Source: Antedon mediterranea
Taxonomy: Eukaryota > Animalia > Echinodermata
Length of the DNA: 64,000 nucleotides
Direction of reading: 5' to 3'
Assembly (NCBI RefSeq): GCF_964355755.1
Contig: NC_092678.1
Coordinates: forward strand, 16,783,881-16,847,880
The notes beneath the pieces were generated by a model. That model saw nothing but the letters and a program-made list of their open reading frames with translations. It searched no databases and had not been told where the DNA came from. The position numbers and the translations under genes were made by a program. The number at the start of each line of letters is the position of its first letter. Position 1 is the stretch's first letter. Positions 31,672 through 46,400 of the stretch are shown here, piece by piece.

Positions 31672-33415
31672 AACTTTACATTTAATTTCTGCTTTGATTT
31701 ATATTTAACTGTGATTTTAATTTGTATTACCATACTTTGTTTTATAATGTGGAAGTGGAACAACATCTTTCTATTGAATGAGTTTTTTCTGTTGAAAAAA
31801 ATAAAGATTATATTATTATTAACAAGTTGTCATTTGTGATATAAGGTAATGGTGTACTGTATTGATATAGTTAACATACTGTAGTGTTTGTTCAGTGATA
31901 AAGCATCCTCTTTATATGATTGTTTAGTCAGTTACACAGTTATGTATCTAAATAACATAATAGTAGTGCATAGTTTTGGTACTAACTTCACTTCAATTTA
32001 TCAAAACATGATAAAAACGTAAGATAATAAGTAGTAAAATGTCTCGAATTCGCGACAAAAAACAATTAACATAAGATAATGAGTGTTAACTTCTTTTGAA
32101 GTGTTAACTTCTTTTGAAACCTCTAAAAATAATACAATAATCAATGTTTGTTTATTTATTCGGAATTAAACATTTATTGTGTTATCACATTTAGTACCAC
32201 ACGAGATCGAAACAAAACAAATAAAAACACATTTATTTTTTTAGTCATTTACAATACGTGTGACATTTCTTTGAAACCAAATTACTATCAAGAGGGAGCA
32301 ATCTTATCTTTAGGTAATTACTTTAGAATAAAAAAACTTACTAATGAGAAAGATCTATTTGTATTCAAAGATTAATAATCACTGTTTATTTGTTCAGACT
32401 TAACATTTTTATTTGGCTACCGCCATAATGTATCACATGAGATAGATTAAACAAAAAAAATAAAAACAACACATTATCTTGCATTCTAAATGATAACAGT
32501 AGGTCTTATGGTGTGTATTGTTTAAAATTAAATATAGAAGGAAACATCTCCCCGATCCGTCTCTATGCAACATGTGAGGAAATGCTTGCACAATGTGTCT
32601 TGCTAGCAAGGTTTCAAAACGAGACAAACAATGGAAAGGTGGTGTTATTGGGAAAATGTTATGTAAATCAATATGTATAGGTTTAGACTTGATTTTAGGG
32701 GAACTACATTAGAATTACAATGACTAAGTCGTAAAACTGACCAAGTAGGCCTATATCGGTGTATACAAAGTGGAGTTATAGGCATATCACTAATGAAAAC
32801 TTATACATTGAAAAACAAAGAAAAACAATTTTCCCAATTCTCATAACGATCCATTTTGTATTACATAGTAAACCAGTTTTAGTACCGGATTTCCAGATAA
32901 TATAAACATATATTCCGTGTCTCCAGAATAGTTGGGGAGTCAGAAAGGTTTTACTTGCATCCATATTTATAGGTAATGAGATTTAATTTTTTAACAAAAA
33001 TGAGTCTTTGATTTGTTGTTGTTTTTCTAATTTTACCAACTTTATATTTCTGCTTTGATTTATATTTAACTATGATTTTAATTTGTATTACCATATTTGT
33101 ATTCAAGTGTGGAAGTAGAAGAACATCTTTCTATTGAACGAGTTTTTCCGTTGAAAAAATAAAGATTATATTATTAATTATTGTTATACAATTTGTCAGC
33201 AGTAAATGATTGTACTGATATAAGCTAATGATGTACTGTATTGATATAGTTAACATACTGTAGTGTTTGTTCAGTGATAAAGCATCCTCTTTATATGATT
33301 GTTTAGTCAGTTACATGTATCTAAATAACACAATAGTAGATTGCATAGTTTTGGTACTAACTTCTCTTAAATTTATCAAAACATGATAAAAACGTAAGAT
33401 AAAATTAGTAAAATA
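31672..33415 (+). repeat. Direct duplication of a ~370-bp ADK 3'-region block (31672-32040 and 33036-33415)
   Basis: Near-identical ATTTCTGCTTTGATTTATATTTAACT...AATAAAGATTAT...GATAAAGCATCCTC...AAACGTAAGATAA. Confidence 0.9.
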
Positions 33416-34544
33416 TCTTAACGGTAGCTAAATGAGGTCCAAAAACTTGCCAATTTAAAAGCTGTATTTGTGTTCAAAGGTAGCCTAATTAGGCCTAATG
33501 CAATGTTGTTTGTTCAGTTTAAAAACATATTGGGTTATCTTCATGATGGATGTACACACAAATAATACAGAACAGAGACTTTATTTTACATCCTGAAAGA
33601 TAATATAAATGGTTGTTCATATTTAAAAGTAAATGAACTTTGTCAAAAAAGAAAAAAATAATAACTTGCCAAATTAACTTATATTATGGCTATCTATCTG
33701 CAGAAAAATGTACAGGAATAAAGTGATTATTTTTATTATAACTTTCTTTAAACACAATTCCTTGTTTTACTATGAAGATCCATTTTATATTACATAGTAA
33801 ACCGGATTTCATTTCTTGTCTCCAGAATAGTTCTGGATTTACCTGCATCATATCCTCTAGTAACCTATATTAACAATGCTTTATTTGCTTCCTTATAATC
33901 AATACAAATCAATTTCTTTGATGTTGAACGAAACAAAATGTGGATGCTTGATAAGGCACATGGGCCAGAAGGTCATTATGGTAAAAGTTAAGACTTTGCG
34001 TAGCATGGTAACTACGGGGTGTGTGTGTTACTTAGAAATTATAATATTGAATAATATTAAATTTTCTATAACTCTGTTAATCTAACAAATATTGAAGTTG
34101 CACTTGATAGATTTTGTAAATGTTTCACCAAACGGGCATGGAACAAGAGAAGGGAAATCAATAATGAAAATGATTAGTTCTTTGCTTTTTTAATCCTGTA
34201 TTACTTTTGTTAATGTTATTTTTTACATATCTTGTACATAATTTATTTTCCTAGTAAATAGGAATATTGTTATATTTTTTTTTCACTTTTATTTTACTTA
34301 TTGTACTGTGGACGCACCTTCATTTAAGAAGTGTGCCACTATTTAAAAAGTATTACTTTTGTTAATGTTATTTTTTTATATCTTTTACATAATTTAGTTT
34401 TAGTTTCCTTGTACTGTAAATAGGCCTATTGTTAAATCATTTTTTTTTTCTCTAACTTTTATTTTACTTACTCTGGACGCACCTTCAAGAAGTGTGCCAC
34501 TGTTTCAAAAGTGTAGCTTCCAAATGAATTATTATTATTATTAT

Positions 34545-35320
34545 AACATCTTCCTTGGACCAATTATTGTTCTTGCCTTCATTAATAATGCTATGCAAGA
34601 CTCGCAATGTAACTCTTGTAAATGTAGATGATTTGTGCATAGGTCGAATAGTTTAAAATAATGACGTATCCTCAATTCAGAATGATGTAGCTTCTCTGAA
34701 TGTATGGTCTAACGTAAACAATGTTAAACTCATCTAAATGTAGAACTACGTATTTTAACTTTCAAAGAAACCAGTGTGAACATAAACCATTGTTGATTGG
34801 TAATAAAACAATTAAAATTGTTAAAGAAAGAAAGTTGCTAGGCTTATGGCCTAATATGTGTGCTGACCCAGTATGGCATTCTAGCCTCACTAAGAATCAA
34901 AGTGACATGATCGAATCTGTTCAAATTAGTGCTTGTAGAATAATTTTGTGTAATGATTACATATGTTATGAACAAGCACTCCATGATCGCTCCCTCAACA
35001 CATTATCTGATATAAGGCGTAATCTATGCTATAAGTTAGCCCAGAGTTGTATTTATTTTGATAAATGGTTTCCAGTGAATAATATTAGTAACATGAAGCT
35101 AAAGCTCTGTCTACACTGTAAAATTTTATGTGACAATAAAATGTGATGTGCCCAAATATGGTAGTTATATGTCTAAACATGGTAGTTATGTAACATCACC
35201 ATGTCCATACATGGGCACATCACATTTTTTGATAGTGTAGACAAGGCTTAAGACGTGTAGTATCAACAACCTAAATGTAAATTTGAACGATACAGAAAAA
35301 GTGCAATCCCATTCCTTATC
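34545..35320 (+). mobile_element. Decayed L2/Crack-like LINE, split by a MITE and by the foldback element; its 3' end resumes at 42873-43070
   Basis: LGP..F..IN and VDD remnants, DPVWHSSLT..IESVQ; RYRKSAIPFLI|SVLN* joins across the foldback; tail TTGAAACTGGAA near 43061. Confidence 0.7.
35102..35249. mobile_element. Short TIR MITE (second copy at 45848-45986)
   Basis: AGCTCTGTCTACACT ... AGTGTAGACAAGGCT; internal inverted ATGTGATGTGCCCA/TGGGCACATCACAT. Confidence 0.75.
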
Positions 35321-38300
35321 TATGGCAAGCCTCAGCTGTCTGAAGTATTCAAAATATTATATTATTATATCATTTTTTAATTATATTATATATTGTATTG
35401 TAATGAATTATACGTTTTGCATTATATTACTTGCTTTTAGCATTATATTATATCTATTTCTAATATATTATGTGAAAAATGTAACAAATTATTGACTTTT
35501 TGTATTATATTATTTGGTTTTAGCATTATATTATGAACATTTAATATTATATTATTAATAAAATACATTATATTATAATATAATTGTATTATATTAAACG
35601 CATTTACTTTACTTTATAACATACAACATTATTATATTATACGGATTCGTTAGTTATATTATTATTTTGTATGATGTTTATTATACGTCACGGCTTATTT
35701 CAGTTCTTCTAACTCTTTCTCTCCCTCCCCCTGTTCACTAGCAATCAGCGGCCGGCAGAATCTGAATTGTGACTGTTGAAGAATAACTACGTACTAGGCC
35801 TAGCCTAGGGGATCTAGACAAGTGACAAAGGATCACCGGACAGCTACAACTAATACTACAATACAATAATACTACTACAATAACTACTACTGCTACTACC
35901 TAGGCCTAGCTAGTGAGTAGTAGGTAGCTACTACTAGGCTCTAGGGCGTATGTATGATGTTAACTACTAGGGCCTAGGCTAGGCCTAGAGGCCTACTAGT
36001 ACTAGGCTAGGCCTAGACTTAAGTTGTAGTAGCCTGCTGCCTTAGGCTAGGCTACTACTACTACTACTACTACTACTAGGAAGCCCATGATGGGTACGAG
36101 TAAGCCAAAATTTTGGATATATGTAAACCAAAATTTGGGTACGAGCGTGTTGGCATGGTATGGGTACGGGTTGACCTGTATCCTTCTAGCTAATCGTACT
36201 ATGCCTAGGCCTCAAGTAAGTCTACGCTACCCAGTCCGGCTACAATATGGTCTATTTTGTTTTATAGCTTTATTGATAGCTGGGTTCAAATCTGGGTTGG
36301 GACGGCTTTTTCTCATTCTAAAACAGATTTCCTTATCATAATAAAATAATATATGAATTTATTTGTAATATTATTGTAATGTATACATAATATAAGTAAT
36401 TGCCATTGCCTTTATTACTATTAATTATGTATTATACGGTTACCCCTTAATTATACTATAGTATAATTTCCTTGTTATATTTTACAATATTTTCTTCCTA
36501 ATTCTACAATTTTGTCTTTCACAGCACAAATTTATCATACTGAATCATCACACACCAAGTCTCATAAATCTCTACTGTATTTGTCCAAGCTACTCCAGCT
36601 ACATGGTATTGCCTTGAGGCTAAATTACACGGTATACTGGCACTACCATCATTCCTGGCTCGTCAACCTGTATACCACATAAGCACAGTTTCAGTTTCAG
36701 TTTATTTACCATTTCAATTTCTGAACATAAGAGATGAACAACTTATATGGATGGATAACCGTAAGAGCGAAGCTCGTTTACCGGTCACCCGTTAGTGCAG
36801 TGACATTACAGACAACATAAAGACAGGACAAAGGTGCAATACTTAACAAGACATGTGAACACTTGTGTTTGCAACCCCTTGGATAAAATAATATATTTAT
36901 ATAATGGAGAAAGTTAGATATTATAATATTTCTTTTTGATCATACAATGATAATTTTTTAATTACTTCTTATGAAGTCATACTACTGATTCAAAATAGTG
37001 ACTTACACCCTGTGGTCAAGGCTTTCTTTGCTCTTATGCTTATTTCCTCCAACATACAGAGTACATAGGACTTTTTTTATTCATAACTGTTGAATTGTTT
37101 CCCAATACATAGTACCTATTGGTATTATATCTAAAAATACAAAGGCGGCTAACACAGATAGTTCCATATATACAGTACTCTTTTATAAATAAATGTATCT
37201 CTCCAAACTACTCCCAACTACCTAATCTAATAATAGTACTATTAGCATACTACTATACACTTTGTAGACAAGAAATAAGTTGTATACACTAGAGGACTTA
37301 TGGTAGTACAGTCGATCGCCCTCTCACTGGCCCGGTCAACATAATCTATACCTAGATTATTACAGTAATTAAAGTACATTATTACAGAGTTTTTTTTTTT
37401 TTTGCAGAAATCAAAGTTATGTGTATAGAAAGCAGTACTCGTATTAAAAACTAAGCAGGTTTTTGAACGCAAACTGGCAGGATATTTTGAATATTTTTTG
37501 TTGTTGAAATGATGGAATCCTAACTTCAATTTCCACGAACCCTTTTATTTAAATTTATTTGAATAGACCTCCATGTAAACTCATTAAAGGCTACATGATT
37601 GTTTTATATTTTAATATGTGATAGTAGAAAATCATTGTGTATAATGAGGACTATGAATCTGATATTTACTTGCATTCTCATCTTTTTAAATTATTATTTA
37701 TAATGCCGGTAATGAGTTTAAAATTTAATTACCGTATATTGACTATTTTTGATAAACATCATTCAAGATTCAAGATTCAAGAAATTGTATTTGTCCATAA
37801 AAATGGAAATTCACTTTGCTTGGTAGATTAAAACAACAATATTGCAACAATTTAAAAACGTGCAGTATTATAACAGATTAAAAATACAAGATAAAAAGTA
37901 AAAACACTGTTAAAAATGTAAAACTATGTCCTTATATATTCATTTATATTTCTTTTGTGTAATATAGTTCATATATTATGTATTAAGTAAATTGGTAAGG
38001 CCCTATACTGTTACTATTTAAGGAAAGTTTATATACACTATTATTTTATGCCTACCAATATTAGTATTAATTGTTTATGTAAATATTTTGTCTAATTGCC
38101 TTGATTTTTTGTATAGGCCAATGGCATCAATGTTTTTCTCAAAGCAAATTAGCCTAATAATGCCACATTTAGACACATGATTCATTGATTTCTGATATTC
38201 TGTACTTGTGTATGCATTACTAAAATAGTAGTTAATATATTTCATTTATAATGTATGTATAAACATATATTCATATTTTTTTAAACATTTTTAAATTTAA

Positions 38301-41300
38301 AAATTATTACAATACCTATCTACCTTTCTGATATTGTTACTATTATATTATATAATATTCTTCTTTGAGGCAGCAATAAAAAAAAAATGGGAACAATTAA
38401 TTTGACTTATACTGTACTATGTTAGTTCAGGAGATGAAGTGTGTGTGGGCAGAAACTAGTGTGTTGGAGGTTGGTGGTGTGAGGTGTATAGTTGTCACTT
38501 TAAGACCTAAATTAGATGTTTTCTGAAGAAAAGAAGTAAGCGCATACGCTTTCAAACAACTCCAAGAAGATTCACACAAAAATAATTACTTTCCAATCAA
38601 GTAGTATAACAGTGTATATTACAGTACATTGAATAAACTCGAGCGGAATAATAACGCACATAAAAAAACATTCATTTTCTTTTCGAAAAGTGCCCTCTCT
38701 AGTTTTCTATTAATTTATTAATAATTATTATTAATTAATGAGTAATATGAACATATTTTTAACATTCAATGCTGGAAGCTGGTTCTACTCCTAACAAAGT
38801 TTCATATCTCCAAATTTCATCAACGTATTCAAAGCACTTCAATATTAAATATCACATTTAACATAAAAATTCGGGTTTTGGATAGAATTTTGCTTAAAAA
38901 CATATACAAAAAACATCGATAAAAAATACTTTTCGTATTCAAAAACATTTGATACTTGGTATAAATGTTCACTATAGGTTGCTCCATTCATATTGCAAAC
39001 AAAAAATAACTTCAATATTAATTATCACATTTAACATAAAAATTCGGGTTTTGGATAGAATTTTGCTTAAAAACATATACAAAAAACATCGATAAAAAAT
39101 ACTTTTCGTATTCAAAAACATTTGATACTTGGTATAAATATTCACTATAGGTTGCTCTATTCACAGAAAAAAATTGCATTCATGAACGTTTTTTGTTGGT
39201 TGTTTTTTCAAAATAGTTATTAGCTTGAAAAAAATGAGTTGGAATTGTATGGTCTTTCATAAGTGTACATTTTGTAAAAACGTAAATTTAAAAAATCAGT
39301 GATATGGCTTGATAGTTATTTTTTGTTTGCAATATGAATGGAGCAACCTATATTGAACATTTATACCAAGTATCAAATGTTTTTGAATACGAAAAGTATT
39401 TTTTTCGATGTTTTTTGTATATGTTTTTAAGCAAAATTATATCCAAAACCTGAATTTGTAATGTTAAATGTAATTTTATTTAAGTGCTTTGAATACGTTG
39501 ATGAAATTTGGAGATATGAAACTTTGTTAGGAGTAGATACAGTTTCCAGCATTAAATTTTAAAAATATGTTCATATTACTCATTAATTGATAATAACTAT
39601 TAATAAATTAATAGAAAACTAGAGAGGGCACTTTTCGACAAGAAAATGAATGTTTTTTTATGTGTGTTATTATTCCGCTCGAGTTTATTCAATGTACTGT
39701 AATATACACTGTTATACTATTTTATTGGAAAGTAATTATTTTTGTGTGAATCTTCTTGGAGTTGTTTGAAAGCGTATCCGCTTACTTCTTTTCTTCAGAA
39801 AACATCTAATTTAGGTCTTAAAGTGACAACTATACACCTCACACCACCAACCTCCAACACACTAGTTTCTGCCCACACACACTTCATCTCCTGAACTAAC
39901 ATAGTACAGTATAAGTCAAATAAATTTTTTAATTTTTTTTTATTGCTGCCTCAAAAAATATTATATAATAGTAACAATATCAGAAAGGTAGATAGGTATT
40001 GTAATAATTTTTAAATTTAAAAATGTTAAAAAAAATATGAATATATGTTTATACATACATTATAAATGAAATATATTAACTACTATTTTAGTAATGCATA
40101 CACAAGTACAGAATATCAGAAATCAATGAATCATGTGTCTAAATGTGGCATTATTAGGCTAATTTGCTTTGAGAAAACATTGATGCCATTGGCCTATACA
40201 AAAATCAAGGCAATTAGACAAAATATTTACATAAACAATTAATACTAATATTGGTAGGCATAAAATAATAGTGTATATAAACTTTCCTTAAATAATAACA
40301 GTATAGGGCCTTACCAATTTATTTAATACATAATATATGAACTGTATTACACAAAAAAAGTATAAATGAATTTATAAGGACATGATGATAATCAAAAATA
40401 GTCAATATAATTAAATTTTAAACTCATTACCGGCATTATAAATAATATTTTAAAAAGATAAGAATGCAAGTAAATATCAGATTCATAGTCCTCATTATAC
40501 ACAATGATTTCCTACTATCACATATTAAAATATAAAACAATCATGTAGCCTTTAATGACTTTACATGGAGGTCTATTCAAATAAATTTAAATGAAAGGGT
40601 CATAATATGTCTTCGTCTCCAGTTCGTGGAAATTGAAGTTAGGATTCCATCATTTCAACAACAAAAAATATTCAAAATATCCTGCCAGTTTGCATTCAAG
40701 ACCTGCAACCTGCTTAGTTTATAATACGAGTACTGCTTTCTATACACATAACTTTGATTTCTGCAAAAAAAAACAAAACTCTGTAATAATGTACTTTAAT
40801 TACTGTAATAATCTAGGTATAGATTATGTTTACCGGGCCAGTGAGAGGGCGTTCGACTGTACTACCATAAGTCCTGTAGGTGTATACAACTTATTTCTTG
40901 TCTTCAAAGTGTATAGTAGTATGCTAATAGTACTATTATTAGATTAGGTAGTTGGGAGTAGTTTGGAGAGATACATCTATCTATAAAAGAGTACTGTATA
41001 TATGGAACTATCTGTGTTAGCCGCCTTTGTATTTTTAGATATAATACCAATAGGTACTATGTATTGGGAAACAATTCAACAGTTATGAATAAAAAAAGTC
41101 CTATGTACTCTGTATGTTGGAGGAAATACGCATAAGAGCAAATAAAGCCTTGACCACAGGGTGTAAGTCACTATTTTGAATCAGTAGTATGACTTCTTAA
41201 GAAGTAATTTAAAAATTATCATTGTATGATCAAAAAGAAATATTATAATATCTAACTTTCTCCTTTATATAAATATATTATTTTATCCAAGGGGTTGCAA

Positions 41301-42082
41301 ACACAAGTGTTCACATGTCTTGTTAAGTATTGCACCTTTGTCCTGTCTTTATGTTTTCTGTAATGTCACTGCACTAACGGGTGACCGGTAAACGAGCTTC
41401 GCTCTTACGGTTATCCATCCATATAAGTTGTTCATCTCTTATGTTCAGAAATTGAAATGGTAAATAAACTGAAACTGTGCTTATGTGGTACAGGTTGACG
41501 AGCCAGGAATGATGGTAGTGCCAGTATACCGTGTAGTTTAGCCTCAAGGCAATACCATGTAGCTGGAGTAGCTTGGACAAATACAGTAGAGATTTATGAG
41601 ACTTGGTGTGTGATGATTCAGTATGATAAATTTGTGCTGTGAAAGACAAAATTGTAGAATTAGGAAGAAAATATTGTGAAATATAACAAGGAAATTATAC
41701 TATAGTATAATTAAGGGGTAACCGTATAATACATAATTAATAGTAATAAAGGCAATGGCAATTACTTATATTATGTATACATTACAATAATATTACAAAT
41801 AAATTCATATATTATTTTATTATGATAAGGAAATCTGTTTTAGAATGAGAAAAAGCCGTCCCAACCCAGATTTGAACCCAGCTATCAATAAAGCTATAAA
41901 ACAAAATAGACCATATTGTAGCCGGACTGGGTAGCGTAGACTTAAGTGAGGCCTAGGCATAGTACGATTAGCTAGAAGGATACAGGTCAACGCGTACCCA
42001 TGCCATGCCAACACGCTCGTACCCAAATTTTGGTTTACATATATCCAAAATTTTGGCTTACTCGTACCCATCATGGGCTGCC

Positions 42083-42115
<33 letters not shown>

Positions 42116-42872
42116 CCTAGCCTAAGGCAGCAGGCCCGGCCCTAGCCTACTACAACTTAAGTCTAGGCCTAGCCTAGTACTAGTAGGCCTCTACTAGGCC
42201 TAGCCTAGGCCCTATTAGTTAACATCATACATACGCCCTAGAGCCTAGTAGTAGCTACCTACTACTCACTAGCTAGGCCTAGGTAGTAGCAGCAGTAGTT
42301 ATTGTAGTAGTATTATTGTATTGTAGTATTAGTTGAAGCTGTCCGGTGATCCTTGGTCACTTGTCTAGATCACCTAGTAGGCCTAGGCTAGGCCTAGTAC
42401 GTAGTTATTCTTCAACAGTCACACAATTCAGATTCTGCCGGCCGCTGATTGCTAGTGAACAGGGGGAGGGAGAGAAAGAGTTAGAAGAACTGAAATAAGC
42501 CGTGACGTATAATAAACATCATACAAAATAATAATATAACTAACGAATCCGTATAATATAATAATGTTGTATGTTATAAAGTAAAGTAAATGCGTTTAAT
42601 ATAATACAATTATATTATAATATAATGTATTTTATTAATAATATAATATTAAATGTTCATAATATAATGATAAAACCAAATAATATAATACAAAAAGTCA
42701 ATAATTTGTTACATTTTTCACATAATATATTAGAAATAGATATAATATAATGCTAAAACCAAGTAATATAATGCAAAACGTATAATTCATTACAATACAA
42801 TATATAATATAATAAAAAAATGATATAATAATATAATATTTTGAATACTTCAGACAGCTGAGGCTTGCCATA
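35321..42872. mobile_element. 7.55-kb foldback non-autonomous DNA transposon, IS3EU-like termini
   Basis: Arms 35321-39011 and 39314-42872 are reverse complements; termini TATGGCAAGCCTCAGCTGTCTG / CAGACAGCTGAGGCTTGCCATA; 6-bp TSD CTTATC at 35315-35320 and 42873-42878; no transposase ORF found. Confidence 0.88.
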
Positions 42873-43432
42873 CTTATCTCAGTTCTAAATTAATGATATG
42901 TTCTTTTGTAACTTGCAGTACATATAAGCAATTTTATTTCAATAACCGCATCCGGTACAGTTTTAAAATCTGTTTTACGTTTGTATTTGTGCTGTTATCG
43001 TTTTATATTCTTCAATGTAATTCAGCTTTGGCTGCGACAGTGTTATACATAAAAAAAAACTTGAAACTGGAAGCTAATTACAATAGGATATAAAAACTGA
43101 CTAATTTGAAAGGTCTATTTGAGTTTATATTCAAAGATTAATAATTCGTGTTTATTTGTTCAGACATTTTTATTGGGTTATCATCGTATTGCATATCATA
43201 AAGTTATAAAAGAAACATTAAAGTTTGCCTATTTACCTGTTTACATTCTGAACGTTGTTAATTTTCTTTCGGTTCCTATGGTTTAACGAATGATGCAATA
43301 GTGGGCGTGACTACTCTCTGCGCATGGCTACAGTGTGGTGTTTAAACTTCTAGATTGTACAGTATAAAATGAAAGCCGTATTAAATTATATTTAGACTGT
43401 TTCTTTTGATTGTTCATGTGCAGGGAGCAATC

Positions 43433-46400
43433 ATGAATTTATACTATGAAGAAGGAAACCCTTTAGCATTAAAAGCTGCGATTGCCTTTCATTTAGGTGA
43501 ATCCAAATTAGAGGTGAATTGGAAACCTGTAAAGTTTTCCGGTAAGTTGACTGTTGTTATAGACTAGATACATGTGGGTCTTCCTCTGGTCATGTATATC
43601 TTATTGTATGTTATGTCGGAATGTCATATATGTCGATATAGGATGTATTCGTAATACCATAGTACTAATACTGCGATATAATATGATGATAACCATTAGA
43701 GTGCGCGTCGTATTTACTTTTGGCTAATAACAATTTTTTTACTTAAACAAAAAATTCAAATTCTGAGTTTTCAATTTTCTCCAAAAAGATATGTGAGATG
43801 TTCATGTATTTTGTTCAATATTGTGTGTCAAATAATTTTAGGTTTATAGAGAGTTATAGAATTATTAATTTTCTCTAATGGAAAATTACTGAGAATACTG
43901 TTACGGAGAATAACTTTCAAGCTATTGTTATTTTATTTGATTCCATTTTGTTGTATGTATAAAGATCGAGTTGTTCCATTCTTGAAGAGTAAAAAGCTCC
44001 CTCTCCTGCAATTATCAAATGGCGATTTTATCACCTCATCAAATGAAATCTGCAGGTAAGAACGATCGTAATCCCGATTAATGCTTGGTCCACACTTCGT
44101 GTAATTTTCAATTCACCGCTTATGCTTGGTATATTCACTTCGCGACGTACTGTAGCACAACGCAATACGCGTCATCGTGTTGTGTCTAAGTGGGAACCAC
44201 CATACTTAAATTAACTCTTATTTTAATGTTTGCTCCTAAAGTGACATTACGTTGTTACATAAACGATGCAGTATATTTATATCCACAATTCATAAATTAT
44301 AATTTTGTATATGCATTTTTACCATAGTAATGCATATCAACTTTACCAAGATTTAGTTGTAGGATATCAACATGAGTTTGAATTAAGAAAATAAATGTTG
44401 TTGTGTATGCAAAGTGTAAAGATCAACCAGAATCTTTGCAACAGTCAATAAGGGGTATGTCGAAAAGTGTTATTTTATCATAATACGGTATAGAGTACTA
44501 TGATACAACTCGGGCGTCGACAGTGTCTTTCAACTAATGACGCAGGCCTATTTCTAATAGCAACTGTAGATATTGTACTTTGTTACAACGGAAACGGGGA
44601 CTGGTGATAATATTGTTTGCGTACAACGCGAACGTGAGAAAGTCCCTGATGAAGGTACTTTCGGTACGGTCTACTTTGAACATTTTAAAAAGTGACATGA
44701 CTTCAAAGTTATCATGCTGGCCTAGTTATGTTAAATAATATATAGTGAGAAAACGTGTTTTATGCCTGAAAGTTGCCACAAGTGTGACGACAGAAATTTT
44801 AAAAACTAAATTAGCACGGCGCTGAAACAATGTGTTCTAATCATAATTAAAAGTACTTTTACAATTACGCTTTTTTTTTCAATTTTTTTCCTTATGGTAT
44901 AGGATAAATTTTTTTGTCCTCCAGATTTATGGGTGGCGGCGTGCGGAGGATGCGCCCCTCTGGATCCGCCATCTTCAACAGCTGTTAAATACTCATTATA
45001 AATATAGCTTCCAATATATTCCAGGTATCTTCTAAGAAAGTCGAGCAACGATACAGATGATGCTCAAGTCGCAGAGTGGTTGAATTGGGAGTCAACTCAA
45101 TTACAGGTATTAGCATTAATGTATCAATAATTAATATAGAAACTATGCTACCTGATACAAATATGTCACAAAATGTGGAGAAATACAGTCAAAGCCAACA
45201 AACCAGTTATATTTGTATTGATTGTCTAATTGAAGTTTATAAAGGCCTAAATTATTATATATATATAGTAGTATACATTTGTACAATAGTTCAATGTTTT
45301 ATGTGAGACAATATATAATTTCATAATTAACTTCTTTATAGATTACTCTATGATTTGCTTATCCTATATATTGTTAGTGTCGTCCAAAATTGTCCACATT
45401 TCCAATGTTTTTTCTCGACTTGGATATGATTAATAAAAATAATATTATTCCCAGAAACTCATTTCAAAGCATTATTTCAATTGTATTTATTTTGTTATAT
45501 TTTTTCACAAGTGAAAAATTGGCAACCAATTGTATAGTTATAATAATATAAGAAAAATAAGAAAAATGTGTGTTCACTTTAATAGTAGAAAGAAAGCTAA
45601 CGAAGATTTCATAATTGTCGTTACATTACATACATACACATAATTTTTAATTATTATTGTTCAACAATTATTTTTTTATAGCCTGTTTTAGGTTGTTACA
45701 CTGCAATGTCTACGTCTGGAGGAAAAGCCAACCCAGATTCATTAAAGTATTACTTTAACAAAATAGACCAGACGTTAAAAGGGCAACTGTTCATTGTTGG
45801 TGTAAGTTGCTTTCTGTCCGTAAACATTAAAAATAAAAAAAATCTTGGGCTCTGTCTGCACTATCAAACGTGATGTGAAAAAAGTGATTTGCCCATTATA
45901 TAAACATGATGACGTTATATCACTACCATATTTGGGCACATCAAACTGTGTTTGTCAAACTAGTTTGATAGTGTAGACAAAGCTTTAGAAGGCTACCACT
46001 TATGCTGATGGGCAATAATTGACTTAATTTATAAACACAAAGTTGATAGACCTACAAATGCTTTAACTGTATAGGTAATATAGTGTTTTGCAAATCAAAT
46101 AAAAAATTGTTTTTTTTTATTCAAATTAAAGTTCACAGATTATTTACTTTAGAGAATGCAAATCATAATAATATGTTGGTGATTTATGTTAAAGAATCAG
46201 TTAAAGTGATGTATAAAAATAGCTAGTTGAATTATATTTAGGAAGTACGTCAGCTGTCATGCAATTCTTTATTATAGAAAATAATATTATTATATATGCG
46301 TTATTTATGATTTCTGCCGTCACCTAAAAAAAAAAAAACTATATCTAAATGTTAGTTTACTACTTTTAAATCTAGGTATATGAACTTTCTTGATTCTTAT

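Noticed and set aside
36087-42074. Paired ORFs 36087-36341/41820-42074 and 37242-37529/40633-40947 as duplicated genes
   Set aside because: They are mirror images produced by the inverted arms; no recognisable domains, and indels differ between the copies.
35321-42872. Polinton/Maverick assignment for the foldback element
   Set aside because: The 6-bp TSD fits, but termini are TATGG rather than AG-repeat type, and no PolB, integrase or capsid ORFs are present.
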